From: Isurus oxyrinchus
Lineage: Eukaryota
NCBI GenBank assembly: GCA_026770705.1
Contig: JANJGN010000002.1
Coordinates: 220,658,001 to 220,722,000, forward strand
DNA: 64,000 bases
Direction: 5' to 3'
Under the pieces are notes generated by a model, which did no database searches, had not been told where the DNA came from, and saw only the letters and a program-made list of their open reading frames with translations. Numbering within the stretch: position 1 is the stretch's first letter; each line of letters opens with the position of its first letter. Shown in pieces: positions 13,080 through 24,410 of the stretch. The position numbers and the translations under genes were made by a program.

Positions 13080-13455
13080 TCATGATCCTGCCGACTTTCC
13101 CTCTCCCAATCTCTTCACATTCTCCTGCCCCACAACTCTCGGAGATCTCAGCGCTTCTCCAATTCTCGCCTCTTCTGCAACTCCACTTTTAATTGCTCCA
13201 CAAATGGTGGCTGTGGTTTCAATTGCCAAGGTAATAAGCTCAGGAAGTCAATTCCTAAACCTCCCTGCCTCTCTACCTCTCTCTCCACTTTTAAGACACT
13301 CCTTGAAACCTATCTCTTTGACCAAACTTTTCGTCACTTGTCCTAATGTTGCCTTATGTGGCTCAATGTCAAACTCTGTTTGATAACACACCTGGGAAGC
13401 ATTTCGAGAGCTCTGACTACCTTAAACATGGTTAAAATATGAAAGCTATTGTTGA
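13080..13455 (+). mobile_element. L2-like LINE 3' fragment
   Basis: ctctacctctctctccacttttaagacactccttgaaacctatctctttgacc tail, shared with 28190-28700, 34075-34740 and 41130-41480. Confidence 0.6.
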
Positions 13456-13829
13456 TGTTGTTGGACAGCCTCCAAACAGCAGCCAGAAAGGATAGTGAAA
13501 TCACAGGGCATGTTGCTTTATGGATAATTCTAGTGGTGACCAGTTCAGTGTGGCATTAGCAGAGTTCAGAAGGCAAGTTGCTCACTTAGCTCCCCCTTTA
13601 GGTCATAGGTGACCAGACAGGATCAGAGAAAAATAAGTCAAATGGTAAATATTGCCAAAAAACATCAACCTGCAACTATAATTGTTACGGACCCAAGAAG
13701 CAGAGGAGGAAAGTTAGCTTTTAAAATCAAAGTTCAGGCCCTCGTAGACTGGGAACTGCTAACTAGCGTTTAATACAGCTCTAGTATATCCTGTCTGCTC
13801 TGATATTCTGTACCTCAGCTAATAAAGGA

Positions 13830-14210
13830 CCATGACCCATCGTTATCATTGGCTGTCCCTCCATTCGAGGGTGGTGTCTACTCAGGGGTCGCAAGTTTCT
13901 TCCATGGGTCATCGTGTGATTGAACACATCGTGTGCCCACAGGTCTTTGGGCACATCGGACAAGATGTCCCACAATATAGTGGGACCCAGAGTGCAGGAC
14001 TTGCTTTCTTTTCTTTCCTTCTCTGCCGCTGCTCTGCCTCATTAATAAGGCATTTAATTGCCCACTTGAAGGCCTCAATTGGCAGCAGGGCAGAAAGGTC
14101 ACCCAAGGGCCTTCCTGCCACAGACTTAATTGGGGTGGAGGTGGGAAGGCGGCTGTGTCCCCACCCCCAGCCACCAAACTCGCCATGGGAGAGGGCATTC
14201 AATTCCACCC
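13830..14210 (-). mobile_element. Harbinger-type MITE fragment
   Basis: End gcattcaattccaccc is the reverse complement of the starts at 29453 and 36898 (gggtggaatttaat). Confidence 0.55.
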
Positions 14211-14912
14211 ACAGTATCTGAAAGTCACAAAAGTGCAAGGAACAAATTTCTCCCGAGACCTTGGTTTCCTTTTGCTAATCCACACATTGGGGCTATGTTT
14301 ATCAACTTTCCATGATTATCCTGAAGCCTCAAAGAATTAAGGTTTAACTTCCCGGATGCTGCTGTGATCAAGCTTTATTACTGATAACTATGCAGGAGAT
14401 TGTAGGAAAGTGGTGTTTGACTAGATACGTTGGTTGGAGGCTGTGGGGTGATCTGATGAAACCTCCAGGAATGTATTCAAGGACTAGAGTTGCGAACTCT
14501 TGGGGTTGGAGCAGAAATTCTTCTTGGATGGTAGCAAAAGTGGTGTTAGGGCTTAGGCCACCTGTTAAGAGGCCTGCTTGATATTCAATTTCACTGAAGT
14601 GAATAGAGCTGAATATTGGGTAGGGCATTAAACAGCGTAATGCAATACCACCTGTTCTATGCCATGGCCCACAACAAATTTCTACGCCAATATTTTGTGC
14701 TGGTGATATGACCATATGGCAACATGTAAGTGTAATGATTTGCTGCAAGGGAAGCTGCTAAACATTACTGACAACACATTCTCATTTGCTGGCTCAATGC
14801 CGTTGACAATAAATTAGTATGCAAAAAGGCAGAAAATATCATGTTTGATAGCTAGATGTCTCCCTTGGATGGAGAATTCACTCAGCAGCAAGCGAGAAGT
14901 GTCTTTGAATAA

Positions 14913-15123
14913 AAACAAAATGTGCTGGAAAAACTCAGCAGGTCTGGCAGCATCTGTGGAGGGAGAAACAGAGTTAACGTTTTGAGTCCGTCAGTCATGC
15001 GGACTTGAAATGTTAACTCCGTTTCTCTCTCCACAGATGCTGCCAGACCTGCTGAGTTTTTCCAGCACTTATTGTTTTTATTTCAGATTTCCAGCATCTG
15101 CAGTATTTTGCTTTCATCTCAGG
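14913..15123. mobile_element. Short fold-back Penelope-like insertion (family A)
   Basis: ~80-bp inverted arms; 12-bp TSD gtctttgaataa (14901-14912 and 15124-15135). Confidence 0.85.
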
Positions 15124-15184
15124 GTCTTTGAATAATTGTCTAACATCCTACTGGATTCATTCACTATAAGAGACCTCATGAAAC

Positions 15185-15925
15185 TGTTAAAGTAAATAAC
15201 ATTACTGGCAAATATTTTTCTTTTAAAATAGGGGTTTAGTCTATGGGTGTGTCTTAATTGTTTTAAAGCCAGCTGGTCTGGGTGCTTTGATATGTACTAG
15301 TTTTGAGAGGTAGAGTGCATTTGCAATTTTTGAATAGACCATTCAAGAAGGTGAGTGAAACCTGGTACCTCACTAGCAGAGACCAAGAAATATGATTATA
15401 TTACTAATAAAATTGGTACTATGAAAAGGGTTTTATTGTTAGAAGAAGCTGGTGATAACAATGAGAATTTACATTAACAAGCCATGCAGGGTATAAGGAT
15501 AACCGTTTTCATGTGTGCAGAACAGAGGCAATGTAAGATCAAAGCAGCTGTAAGCCTCTAACTGTCTCCACAGGAACCAAAGAGAAACAAACCTCATTTT
15601 GAATTTGTAAGGTGAAAATGCTTTGCCTGGTGTCTGGTTAAGTCTATGGGTTGCTGTTGCCTTAATGGAGGTTAGTTTGGGAACTTATTAAAAGTTATGA
15701 TAGTAGTAATTTGTAGCCATGTGTATATATTTCACTTGTGTAAATTAATAGAATGTTTCATTTAGCTTTTTTAAAACCTCTCGAGAACTGCTGGTATTAT
15801 TCCTGAATGTAGAGTTGCAGCTCAAACATAACACTTAAAGTTATAGGTTATGACAGTTGTCTAAAGTTTCCCCTCTGGGATTTAAAAAAAAATAACTCAG
15901 CTTTACCAACTGCTCAGTCATAACA
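15185..15925 (+). mobile_element. Solo LTR-like repeat
   Basis: TGTTA...TAACA ends; homologous to 6512-8026. Confidence 0.6.
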
Positions 15926-16530
15926 GAGATCATTTGAAACCACTCAGACACCTCATCTCATTCAATTCTACAGCCCCTGTAGAGAATAATCATGAAATTA
16001 CTACAGGTCAAGCATCCTTTATCTGTAAACCCAAAAACTAAACACATCCAAAAACCACACGTTTTTTGAACGTCATTGACCTTTAGTGCAAGAAATCTCT
16101 GACTCGGACCAACGTGACTCTCGCCGACTGTGCTCAACATTTAGTGCAGGAAGTTCCTGACCCAAGCTGACACGAACCTCGTCTACTACACCCAATCTTT
16201 AGTGTGGGAAGTCCCTGACTTGAGCTGACATGACTCGAACTGATATGACCCTCACTGACCTCACCTGACCTTTAGTCCGGGAGATCTAGTTGTTTGCCTG
16301 CACTGTTTACTTTGTGATTTTTGTGGTGAATATGTCAAAAAGACCATCAGGTATCCTTGTGGCTAGCAATGAGAGAAGGAAGGTGATGGAGTAGTGGTGT
16401 TATTGCTGGACTAGTAATCCAGAGACCCAGGGTAATTCTCTGGGGACTTGTGTTCAAATCCTGCCAGAGCAGATGGTGGAATCTGAATTCAATAAAAGTC
16501 TAATGATGACCATGAAATCACTGTTGTAAA

Positions 16531-17190
16531 AAGTAAAAACAGAAGCAGAAATACCTGGGGAAAAACTCAGCAGGTCCAGCAGCATTGGCGGAGGAGAGCA
16601 CAGTTGACGTTTCGAGTCCACATGACCCTTCAACAGAACTAAGTAAAAATAGGAAAGGGGTGAAATATAAGCTGGTTTAAGGGGGGCTGGGGGTGGGGGG
16701 TTGTTGGGACAAGCAGCCAGTAATAGGTGGTGATAACCAAAAGATGCCACAGACAAAAGAACAAAGAGGTGTTGAAGGTGGTGATATTATCTAAAGGAAT
16801 ATGCTAATTAAGAGTAGAAGGCAGGACAGACAAGGTACAGATAGCTCTAGTGGGGGTGGGGGAATACTAAAAGGTAGAGATAAACAATGGGTGGAAATAC
16901 ATTTACAAATAATGGAAATAGGTAGGAAAAGAAAACTCTATGTAAATTATTGGACAAAACAAAAAGGAGGGGGAAGAAACAGAAAGGGGTGGGGATGGAG
17001 GAGAGAGTTCAAGATCTAAAGTTGTTGAACACAATATTCAGTCCGGAAGGCTGTAAAGTGCCTAGTCAGAAGATGAGGTGTTGTTCCTCCAGTTTGCGTT
17101 GAGCTTCACTGGAACAATGCAGCAAGCCAAGGACAGACATGTGGGCAAGAGAGCAGGGTGGAGTGTTGAAATGGCAAGTGACAGGAAGGT
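16531..17190 (-). mobile_element. Penelope-like retroelement 3' fragment (family A)
   Basis: Minus strand encodes HMSVLGLLHCSSEAQRKLEEQHLIF*LGTLQPSGLN (GIY-YIG C-terminus), followed by the terminal repeat. Confidence 0.85.
16602..16640 (-). ncRNA. Type I minimal hammerhead ribozyme motif (CUGUUGA variant)
   Basis: Minus strand AGTT-CTGTTGA-A-GGGTC atgtg GACTC-GAAAC-GTC-AACT: stems I and II pair, GUC site, palindromic ACGT stem III. Confidence 0.7.
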
Positions 17191-17978
17191 CTCTGGTTCG
17201 CTAAAGTCATTTAGGGAAGGAAATCTGCTGTCTTTTCCTGGTCTGGACTACATGTGACTCCAGACCCACAGCAGTGTTGTTGACTCTTAAAAGCCCTCTG
17301 AACAAGGGCAATTAGGGATGGGCCATAAATGCTGGTATGGCCAGCAACACCCATATCCCATGAATGAATATAAAAAAAAAATCAATTGCTCAGAAATTAG
17401 AGCTGTTGTAGAAATCTGACCATAGTGTCTCTGTGAGGAGTATAGGCATCACCATCATATATGATTTAAAGAAGCAAATTGTTGAAATTTTTTATTGAAA
17501 GTGATTCACATAAGTTAATGAATAATGGAAAAACTTTGCATAGGTGAACAAATGATTAACATGATCGTGTTATAATGGAGTGGATTCATCAGTGCAGGAG
17601 TGAAAGGTTTCTGCTGACTGGCCCATTGATCATGCAGCAAGCCAAGATCTACCATGAAGAATAAAGTGCATGTGAATACACAGCAAGTTGGTTGCAGAAA
17701 TTCAAGAAGTGTCATGGTATCAATTTTTTGAAAGTTTGTGATGATAAAGCACCGCAGACCAGGACGTTGCTGAAAAATTTATTAATGAGTTTGCTAGGCT
17801 AATTTCAGATCAAAACCTTTTGCCTGAACAAATTTGCAATGCTGACGAAATGAGTCTGTCCTTGCAGTACTCCCCTAGGAAAACGCGAGAAATGGCTGAG
17901 GACAGTGCACCCATGGACGTTATAAGCATGTTGACCATCCTTGGTTGTGTCAGTGCGGCTGGCACACACAAATGTAAA

Positions 17979-18260
17979 ATAAAGGCAAAAAACTGCAGAT
18001 GCTGGAAATCCAAAACAAAAATAAAAATAAAAATACCTGGAAAAACTCAGCAGGTCTGACAGCATCTGCGGAGAGGAACACAGTTAACGTTTCGAGTCCG
18101 TATGACTCTACAACAGAACTAAGGAAAAATAGAAGAGAGGTGAAATATAAGCTGGTTTAAGGAGGGGTGGGACAAGTAAAGCTAGATAGAGGGCCAGCGA
18201 TAGGTGGAGGTTGCCAAAAGATGTCATAGACAAAAGGACAAAGAGGTGTTGACAGTGGTC
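17979..18260 (-). mobile_element. Penelope-like terminal fragment (family A) inserted in the Tigger transposase
   Basis: Same sequence as 16531-16780; target acaaatgtaaa duplicated at 17968, 18262 and 18280; hammerhead-like motif at 18082-18120. Confidence 0.85.
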
Positions 18261-19189
18261 AACAAATGTAAATTGTTACACAAATGTAAATTGGCTGTAA
18301 TCGGGAACAGCAAATGTCCCAGGTGCTTCAAGGGCATTCAGACATTATCTGTTCACTACTATGCCAATAAGAGAGGCTGGGTAACCAGGGACATGTTTTC
18401 TGATTGGTTTCATAACCACTTCCTGCTAGAGGCATTGCCAGGTAGCTGGACTTGAAGAAAACTGTAAAATCGTGTTGCTGCTGGAGAATTGGTCAGCACA
18501 TCCCCCAGCTGAACTATTGGTGAAGAACAATGTTTTTGCTGTTTACTCCACCCTCCCCCCACACCCCCATACACCCCCCTCCACACCTCCATACCCTGCC
18601 CCCCCACCCCCCCTACCCCCCCAACGTAATGGCATGAATTCAGCTTATGGACCAAGGCATTCTTCGGTCCATGAAATGGAATCCTTCTTGAATAGTTTCC
18701 TTGGTGCTGTGAACAGAGGCCTGGGGGTGGAAGGCTTCCACAAGAGTTTACAGTTAAGGATACCATCTACGCATCTGCTAATGCCAGTGCCTTGCTGATA
18801 AAGACACATTGACCAAGGGCTGGCACAACCTTTGGCCTGCAACAATGTTCATTGAAGACTTTGAAGGTTTTAATGTGACCAAGGAAAAAACCTGGCAAAC
18901 CAGTTCCTTGAGTATGCAAAAGGTATATCAATGGAATGTGTGAATACGCTGGAGGCGGAGGATATTGAGGAAGTGGTTAACATTGATAACAACTCTCCTG
19001 TCATGCATTCTTTGACTGATGGGGAGATTGCAGAAGTGGTGTTAAGTCAAGATCAGCTTGCTAAAAACAGTGATGATGAGGATGACATAGTGAATACAGT
19101 AGAGGAAGTGTCCATAGATAATATTATTAAGATGTGTGATGGGTTGAAAGGATTTTTGATGACAAGAGTCATTTTAACACACCCCTGGT

Positions 19190-19480
19190 CATCTTCACAT
19201 ATCTTACCCTCCATAAACTTGATGTCATGCAAATCTCTGCTGCCCACATCCTTATTCGCAACAAATCTTACTCAGTTACCGCCCCTGTGCTCACTGACCT
19301 ACATTAGCTCCTGGGTAAGCAAGCTTCAATTTTAAATTTCTCATCCTTTTATTCAAATCCCTCCATGACCTTGCCCTTCCCTATATCCGTAAATTCCTTC
19401 AACCTCATAACCCTCTAAGATATCTGCCCTCATCTAATTCTGGCCTCTTGAGAATCCCCAATTTAATCGCTCTGCCTTTG
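19190..19480 (+). mobile_element. L2-like LINE fragment
   Basis: caaatctctgctgccc...cccctgtgctcactgacctaca, shared with 28400-28500. Confidence 0.65.
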
Positions 19481-19606
19481 AACATAAAGGAGTCATCAGA
19501 TCTTAAGAAACAGGAGCAGGGGTAGGCTATATGGTCCCTCAAGTTTGCTCAGCATTCAATAGGATCACAGCTAATCTTGTACCTTAACTCCATTTTCAAG
19601 TCTAGA

Positions 19607-21311
19607 TGTAATAAAAGCTAAAATTAAGGTTCAGCAGCCCCTTTTTGCAATAATCCCAGATTAGCCGTACCTTTCTGATCATTCCTCTCAATTTTAGTTT
19701 GAGAAAGACATATACTAAAGATGCTAAATGGGTCTGAAAGGCTGACCTATCTCTCCCCCAAAAGAATGGAGTCCGCTGAGAGTATTACCATCCTCCAGAC
19801 AGTCTGTTTGACAAGTTACACACAGATTATATTTTCTTGGATATTATTAGTGCCTGGTAACAGTCTTCACTCCCCACCCACCTAAGAGTTGAGTTCATAA
19901 CTTAGCGGTACAGAAGACTATTTAAGTCAATATAAATTCTAAAATATACGTGTTTATTAAAGAACTGAACATACAATCCACAGTGAGGTGAAAACAGGCA
20001 AATGCAATGTTAAAGTTTTAGAAAAAGAGAGCAATACAATCTTACTTTATTAGAGAATCCAGTTTTTAAATTCAATTATTGTTACAGTAAATATTTTAAG
20101 TAATAAATCAATTGATCTTTAAAGTAGCATTTACCTTAATCCCAGAGGAAAGACTACAAAGTCAGCAAAATGATTTTGTCCCAATTAAGGATAGAATTAT
20201 TCCCAATTAAGGAGAGAATTATTATCAGTTTCCCCAGTAATGGGACTTTTACTTTGAGAGATACTCAAGTGACTTAAGCTTATTGAAAAATTCAATGTGT
20301 TCTCTGAATAAGTGTTTCTTGGGGGCTGCATGACTCATTTCTTAAATAAAGGGCTGATTTTAATTGTAATTAAAATCTCCTTTATGTTCCAAATATGGTT
20401 TGGATCATCATTAATTTCTAAGTATACTGGCACTCTTTGATTTCTAAGAAAGAAACTGCTAATTTCTAAGTCAGGCCTGGGCCTCATTGATTCTAGGGAA
20501 GCCAAGCTGCAAGGACCTGTGATGGCCAATTTTTCATTAACCACGTGCCTGTGTTTTAAGATTATAATGTAGTTCTTGGGTTGGGCTAGGATTCTAAAAA
20601 TTCCATTTGTCTTTGGTCTAGGTCTAGGATTATCAGCATAAACTCATTTTATCAAATACTAACTATGGTGGCCTTCCTGAGAGTTTGCAAATAAATTTGT
20701 TATTCTGGACTTTGGTTGTGTAGCTCTTTTAATCAGTGATTCCCTTATTGCTGTAAGGAGAAGCAAATCCTTTAATGAAGAGGCGCATAGCTATGGAGTG
20801 TGAACTGTATTTAGTCTTTTAAAAAAAATCCTTTTTAATTCTTCAAGCTTTCATAGCTCTTTTCACCTTATAAGCCCACATTTGACGGGATTTCGTTACA
20901 CAAATTTCTTTTTAGTGTAGCTGTCAGTGCACTCAGGATTGTTCAGTAAGTGTTGCCCAATCGCAGAATCACATATAACAGTTGATGCTTTGTTTTGGGT
21001 TTTGCAATTGCAGACTAGTTGACTATGCCTGTATTCTGTCTATTACAAATAGTCAAAGGAACTTGCTGTTTGATTTAACTAACCAGTCATGGGTGGGGGG
21101 GTGGGGGCAGCGGGGGTGGTGTATGGCCTCCATACCTGGCATCATCCAGCCTGTGTTTGCAAAACCCAACACAAAACGTCAATACTAACAACCAATTTAA
21201 GATAATCAGTCAAGCTCATGATGTGGCTCATTTACACCTGCTAGAAGGGACATACATTCATACACAAGAACCTGTTCTCCGCAAACAAAAGGAATATGTT
21301 CATACCTTACA
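19607..21311 (-). mobile_element. Possible long solo LTR (ERV-like)
   Basis: TGTAA...TTACA inverted termini and a minus-strand AATAAA near 19955; no TSD and no second copy in the window. Confidence 0.3.
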
Positions 21312-21525
21312 TCTTTTTTGAATAGCCTGGAAACTGGGGGAGCCTATAGCTCCCCATTACTTTCTCCATGGCCAACATTTCAGCCAACAAATCAATCAGC
21401 ACCCTTTTCTCCTGTAGTGTAAATTGCTGTGCAAGTTTGAACTTTGGCATTCTTGCATTTGTCCTGATGAGCGCAAGACAAAAAGCTTCGGCAATATGTC
21501 GCTCTTTTCAGCAATATTCAAATCT
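21312..21525 (+). mobile_element. Penelope-like terminal repeat (family B) with hammerhead motif 21451-21494
   Basis: Near-identical to 9130-9345; ttgtc-CTGATGA-gcgcaagac-aAAA-agct-TC-ggcaa. Confidence 0.75.
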
Positions 21526-21547
21526 ATGTCACTAATTGACTGATAGT

Positions 21548-23030
21548 GTAGAACTTCAAAAGGATATAGACAGGTTGGTGGAATGGGCAGACAAGTGACA
21601 GATGGAATTTAATGCAGAGAAGTGTGAAATGATTTATTTTGGTAGGAGAGAGAATGTAAAAGAAAGGGTGCAATTCTAAAGAGGGTGCAGGAGCAGAGGG
21701 AACTGGGTGTATATGCACATAAATCATTGAAGACAGCAGAACAGGTTCAGAGCACGGTTAATAAAACATACAGCATCCTAGGCTTTGTTAATAAGGGTCT
21801 AAGAATATAAGTGCAAGGAAATTATGTACAGAACACTGGTTAGCCTCAACTGGAACATTGTATCCAGTTCTGGGTGACACACTATAAGAGATATTAACGC
21901 ATTAGAAAGAGTGCATAAAAAAAATCACAAGAATGGTCCAGTGATGAGGAACTGCAGTTACGTAGAAACATTGGAGAAGTTGGGATTGTTTTCCTTGAAG
22001 GAGAGATGGTTGAGAGGAGTTTAGATGCAGGTATTCAAAATCACGAGGGGCCTGGACAGAGTAGATAGAGAAAACATGCTCCCATTGGTGGAAGGATCGA
22101 GAAAAAGCGGGTACAGGTTTAAGGTAATTGGCAAAAGAAGCAATGGAGACATTGGGTAGGATTTTTGGGTCGTCAGGTGCAGTTGGGGGTGGCCCGGGAG
22201 TGGCGGGGAAACAGTCCGCTGCCCGCAATCGGCCCACGACTGCAATTTCCTGCTGGCTGGCCAATTAACGACCAGCCAGCATGAAAGGCTCAGTGCTGCC
22301 AGGGTCAGAGAGGGAGGAGTGCCAGCACAAAAGTCTGCACATGCGCGGGGATGCTCACACTGAAGGCTCCCTGAAGGCAGGGAGCTAAACAATTTTAAAA
22401 TCAAAAGTAAGGATCTATCAAATCTGAAAAAAATGTCCCGACATGACACTAACTCTCAATAACATGAACGAAATAAAAATTCCACCCAAAAATTTATATT
22501 TATTTTTTAACTTAATTGTGGAAACCTCATCCCGCCTGTGGATGAGGTTTGCCAAAAAAAAAAACGAAAAGCCGGCTGGTTGATTTGCCCATCCATCCGC
22601 CAACTGTAAGGTTGGACGGGCAGCGAAAAATATATTTAAATTAATTGATGAAGGGCCTTAAAAGGCCTTTTAATTGTCAGACTCTGGCGCGCACCCGCCG
22701 ACTGAAATAATGCGCGAGTGCACGATGACGTCGGGACGCTCGCCTGACATCATCGTGCACTATTTTATGCTCGATCGGGTTGGGCGCGCGCCCACCTGCG
22801 AGATGTAAAATCCTGCCCATGAGGATTAGAACCCAGAATGCTCTGTCTAAGAAGGTGGTGGAGGCAGGTTCAACTGAGGCAAGAAAATGGAGTTTTATTT
22901 GAAAAAGAAGAATGTGCAGGTCAATGGTTAAAAAGGTGGGGGGGCAAGTGATACATAGTAAATTGCTTCTACAGGGGGCTGGGAAAGACACTTGGGCTGA
23001 AAGACCTTCATCTGTGCTATAACGATTCTG
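21548..23030 (+). mobile_element. CR1 LINE 3' fragment split by a MITE
   Basis: [32 protein letters not shown] motifs; resumes at 22819. Confidence 0.88.
22154..22818 (+). mobile_element. Harbinger-derived MITE
   Basis: TIRs gggtaggatttt / aaaatcctgccc; imperfect 3-bp TSD ATT/ATG; 3' part matches 53810-54090. Confidence 0.85.
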
Positions 23031-23450
23031 TGATTATTCCCACCTAGAAATCTAGGAAAATATAACAAGTGGCGGGCGCCAATGGAATAGCTTCCCTTCT
23101 GATATTCCTCTACTATGTATCCAACTTGTGCTGGTTTCCCACTGATATTAAGCCTACTGTATGCAACAGACCTCATCCCAATTCCCCTAGATTTACTTTG
23201 CAGCATCAGCCACAGTGCTTCCATCAAGCGATTGAAAAAAAAACTGACTGGCATTTGCAATTTCTGCTTAGCCAGGGTGTGCGGAGAAAACAAATTAAGT
23301 ACAAATTGTTTAGACATGGAGATGTAAATTAACCACATTAGTAATTCCAAAAACATAAAAGCCATCCTCTACTCAAATGTATTGTCACTGAATGAAGAGC
23401 CTATACAAGGGCTACTTATTTTTCTCTGGAAATATAATGACCATAATAAA

Positions 23451-23481
23451 AACACAACACTACAATATTTATTAATTTATT
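23451..23481 (-). terminator. Probable polyadenylation signal of the PLSCR gene
   Basis: Two tandem AATAAA on the minus strand (23481-23476, 23473-23468) followed by GU/U-rich GTGTTGTGTTTTT, about 0.9 kb after the stop. Confidence 0.55.
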
Positions 23482-24377
23482 AACATTTCTAGGCTATAGA
23501 GAAATATGGTTAGTATAGAAAGTTGGTATCAACAGTCAGGACGATTAAAATATTTGGATTAAACAGAAGATTAATAAACCACTTTTATAGATCTGATCGT
23601 GGACTGTGGATACATTATTTTCTGAAAATATACAGTATTCTAAAATTAATCACACAATTAGAAAATATTCATTCTACTGCAAATTGGTCCTACGAATGGT
23701 ACTCTGTAATATCTTTTTCTTTTGCTTGGAAAAGCTGAGATGAAAAATAGTGCCACGCGTCATATTTTTGTTCACATATAAACAAATGTTCCACCGCCTG
23801 AAGAATTCAAGGGCAGGTTTTCAGCTCTCACTCCTTTTTCAGAACAATACCTGCTAGGTGCACATATCTGAATAAATGTGCGCAGGGGATAGTGCATATA
23901 CCATAATGCAGACTACCCATCTTTGTTAAGTTAAATCCATTTAAATTAAATGGACAGAAAAACTGATTGTGCTGTGAGCAGAAATATTGCTCCTTAAAAT
24001 CTTATCTCCCAGAGATTAGCACTCTCTGTAAAATTAGTGGTGTTTTCAGCATCAATCAGAGATGTCACAACCATTGCAAAGTCTAGTAAGTCCAGAACTC
24101 AGTTGAATGTGTCAATAACAATTTGATATTTTTTCAGAATTGGTATTCTAAAAGCCACAAAGCATGTCCATTATTAGCATATCTCTAGTGAAGGTGGAAG
24201 AGTGAAGATGACCTTCGCAATTTGGTTCAATTTCTGTAAATATAATAACAAAGAAAGCCATTAGTACTGAGTTGTAGAATTGATAGAAGTCAAATGCCAT
24301 TAACAGGGCAAAGCAGTAACTCTCTGTGCACATCTACTTACAGCAGAGATAGTTTCAGATCCTGGCCAGGTCCTTGT

Positions 24378-24410
24378 TCAGTTATTGTTTTTCTCAAAGA
24401 ACAGATAATC
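24378..24410 (-). CDS. PLSCR1: PLSCR last coding exon [10 protein letters not shown]
   Basis: Acceptor GTTTTTTCAG followed by GAT TAT CTG TTC TTT GAG, matching the family D[FY]MFFE motif; TGA at 24380-24378. Confidence 0.88.
   Translation of the reverse strand, partial: DYLFFEKNNN

Larger units (their letters stand above)
16380..17380 (+). mobile_element. tRNA-derived SINE split by a Penelope fragment
   Basis: Head 16380-16530 (ctggactagtaatccagag, gttcaaatcc) resumes at 17190 and ends gaatgaatataaaaaa. Confidence 0.8.
16004..19155 (+). pseudogene. Tigger/pogo (CENP-B/JRKL-like) DNA transposon with degenerate transposase
   Basis: TA+CAGGTCAAGCATCCTTTATC TIR; ATG at 16332 MSKRPSG, then SIAQKLELL, YDLKKQ, EQICNADE, CVSAAGTHKCKLAVIG, YYANKRGWVT, LLLENWSAHP, MDQGI; stops and frameshifts. 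Confidence 0.88.

Noticed and set aside
23330-23365. MAFMFLEL on the minus strand resembling the PLSCR DFMFFE terminal exon
   Set aside because: No AG acceptor in the right phase; the exon at 24378-24410 fits far better.
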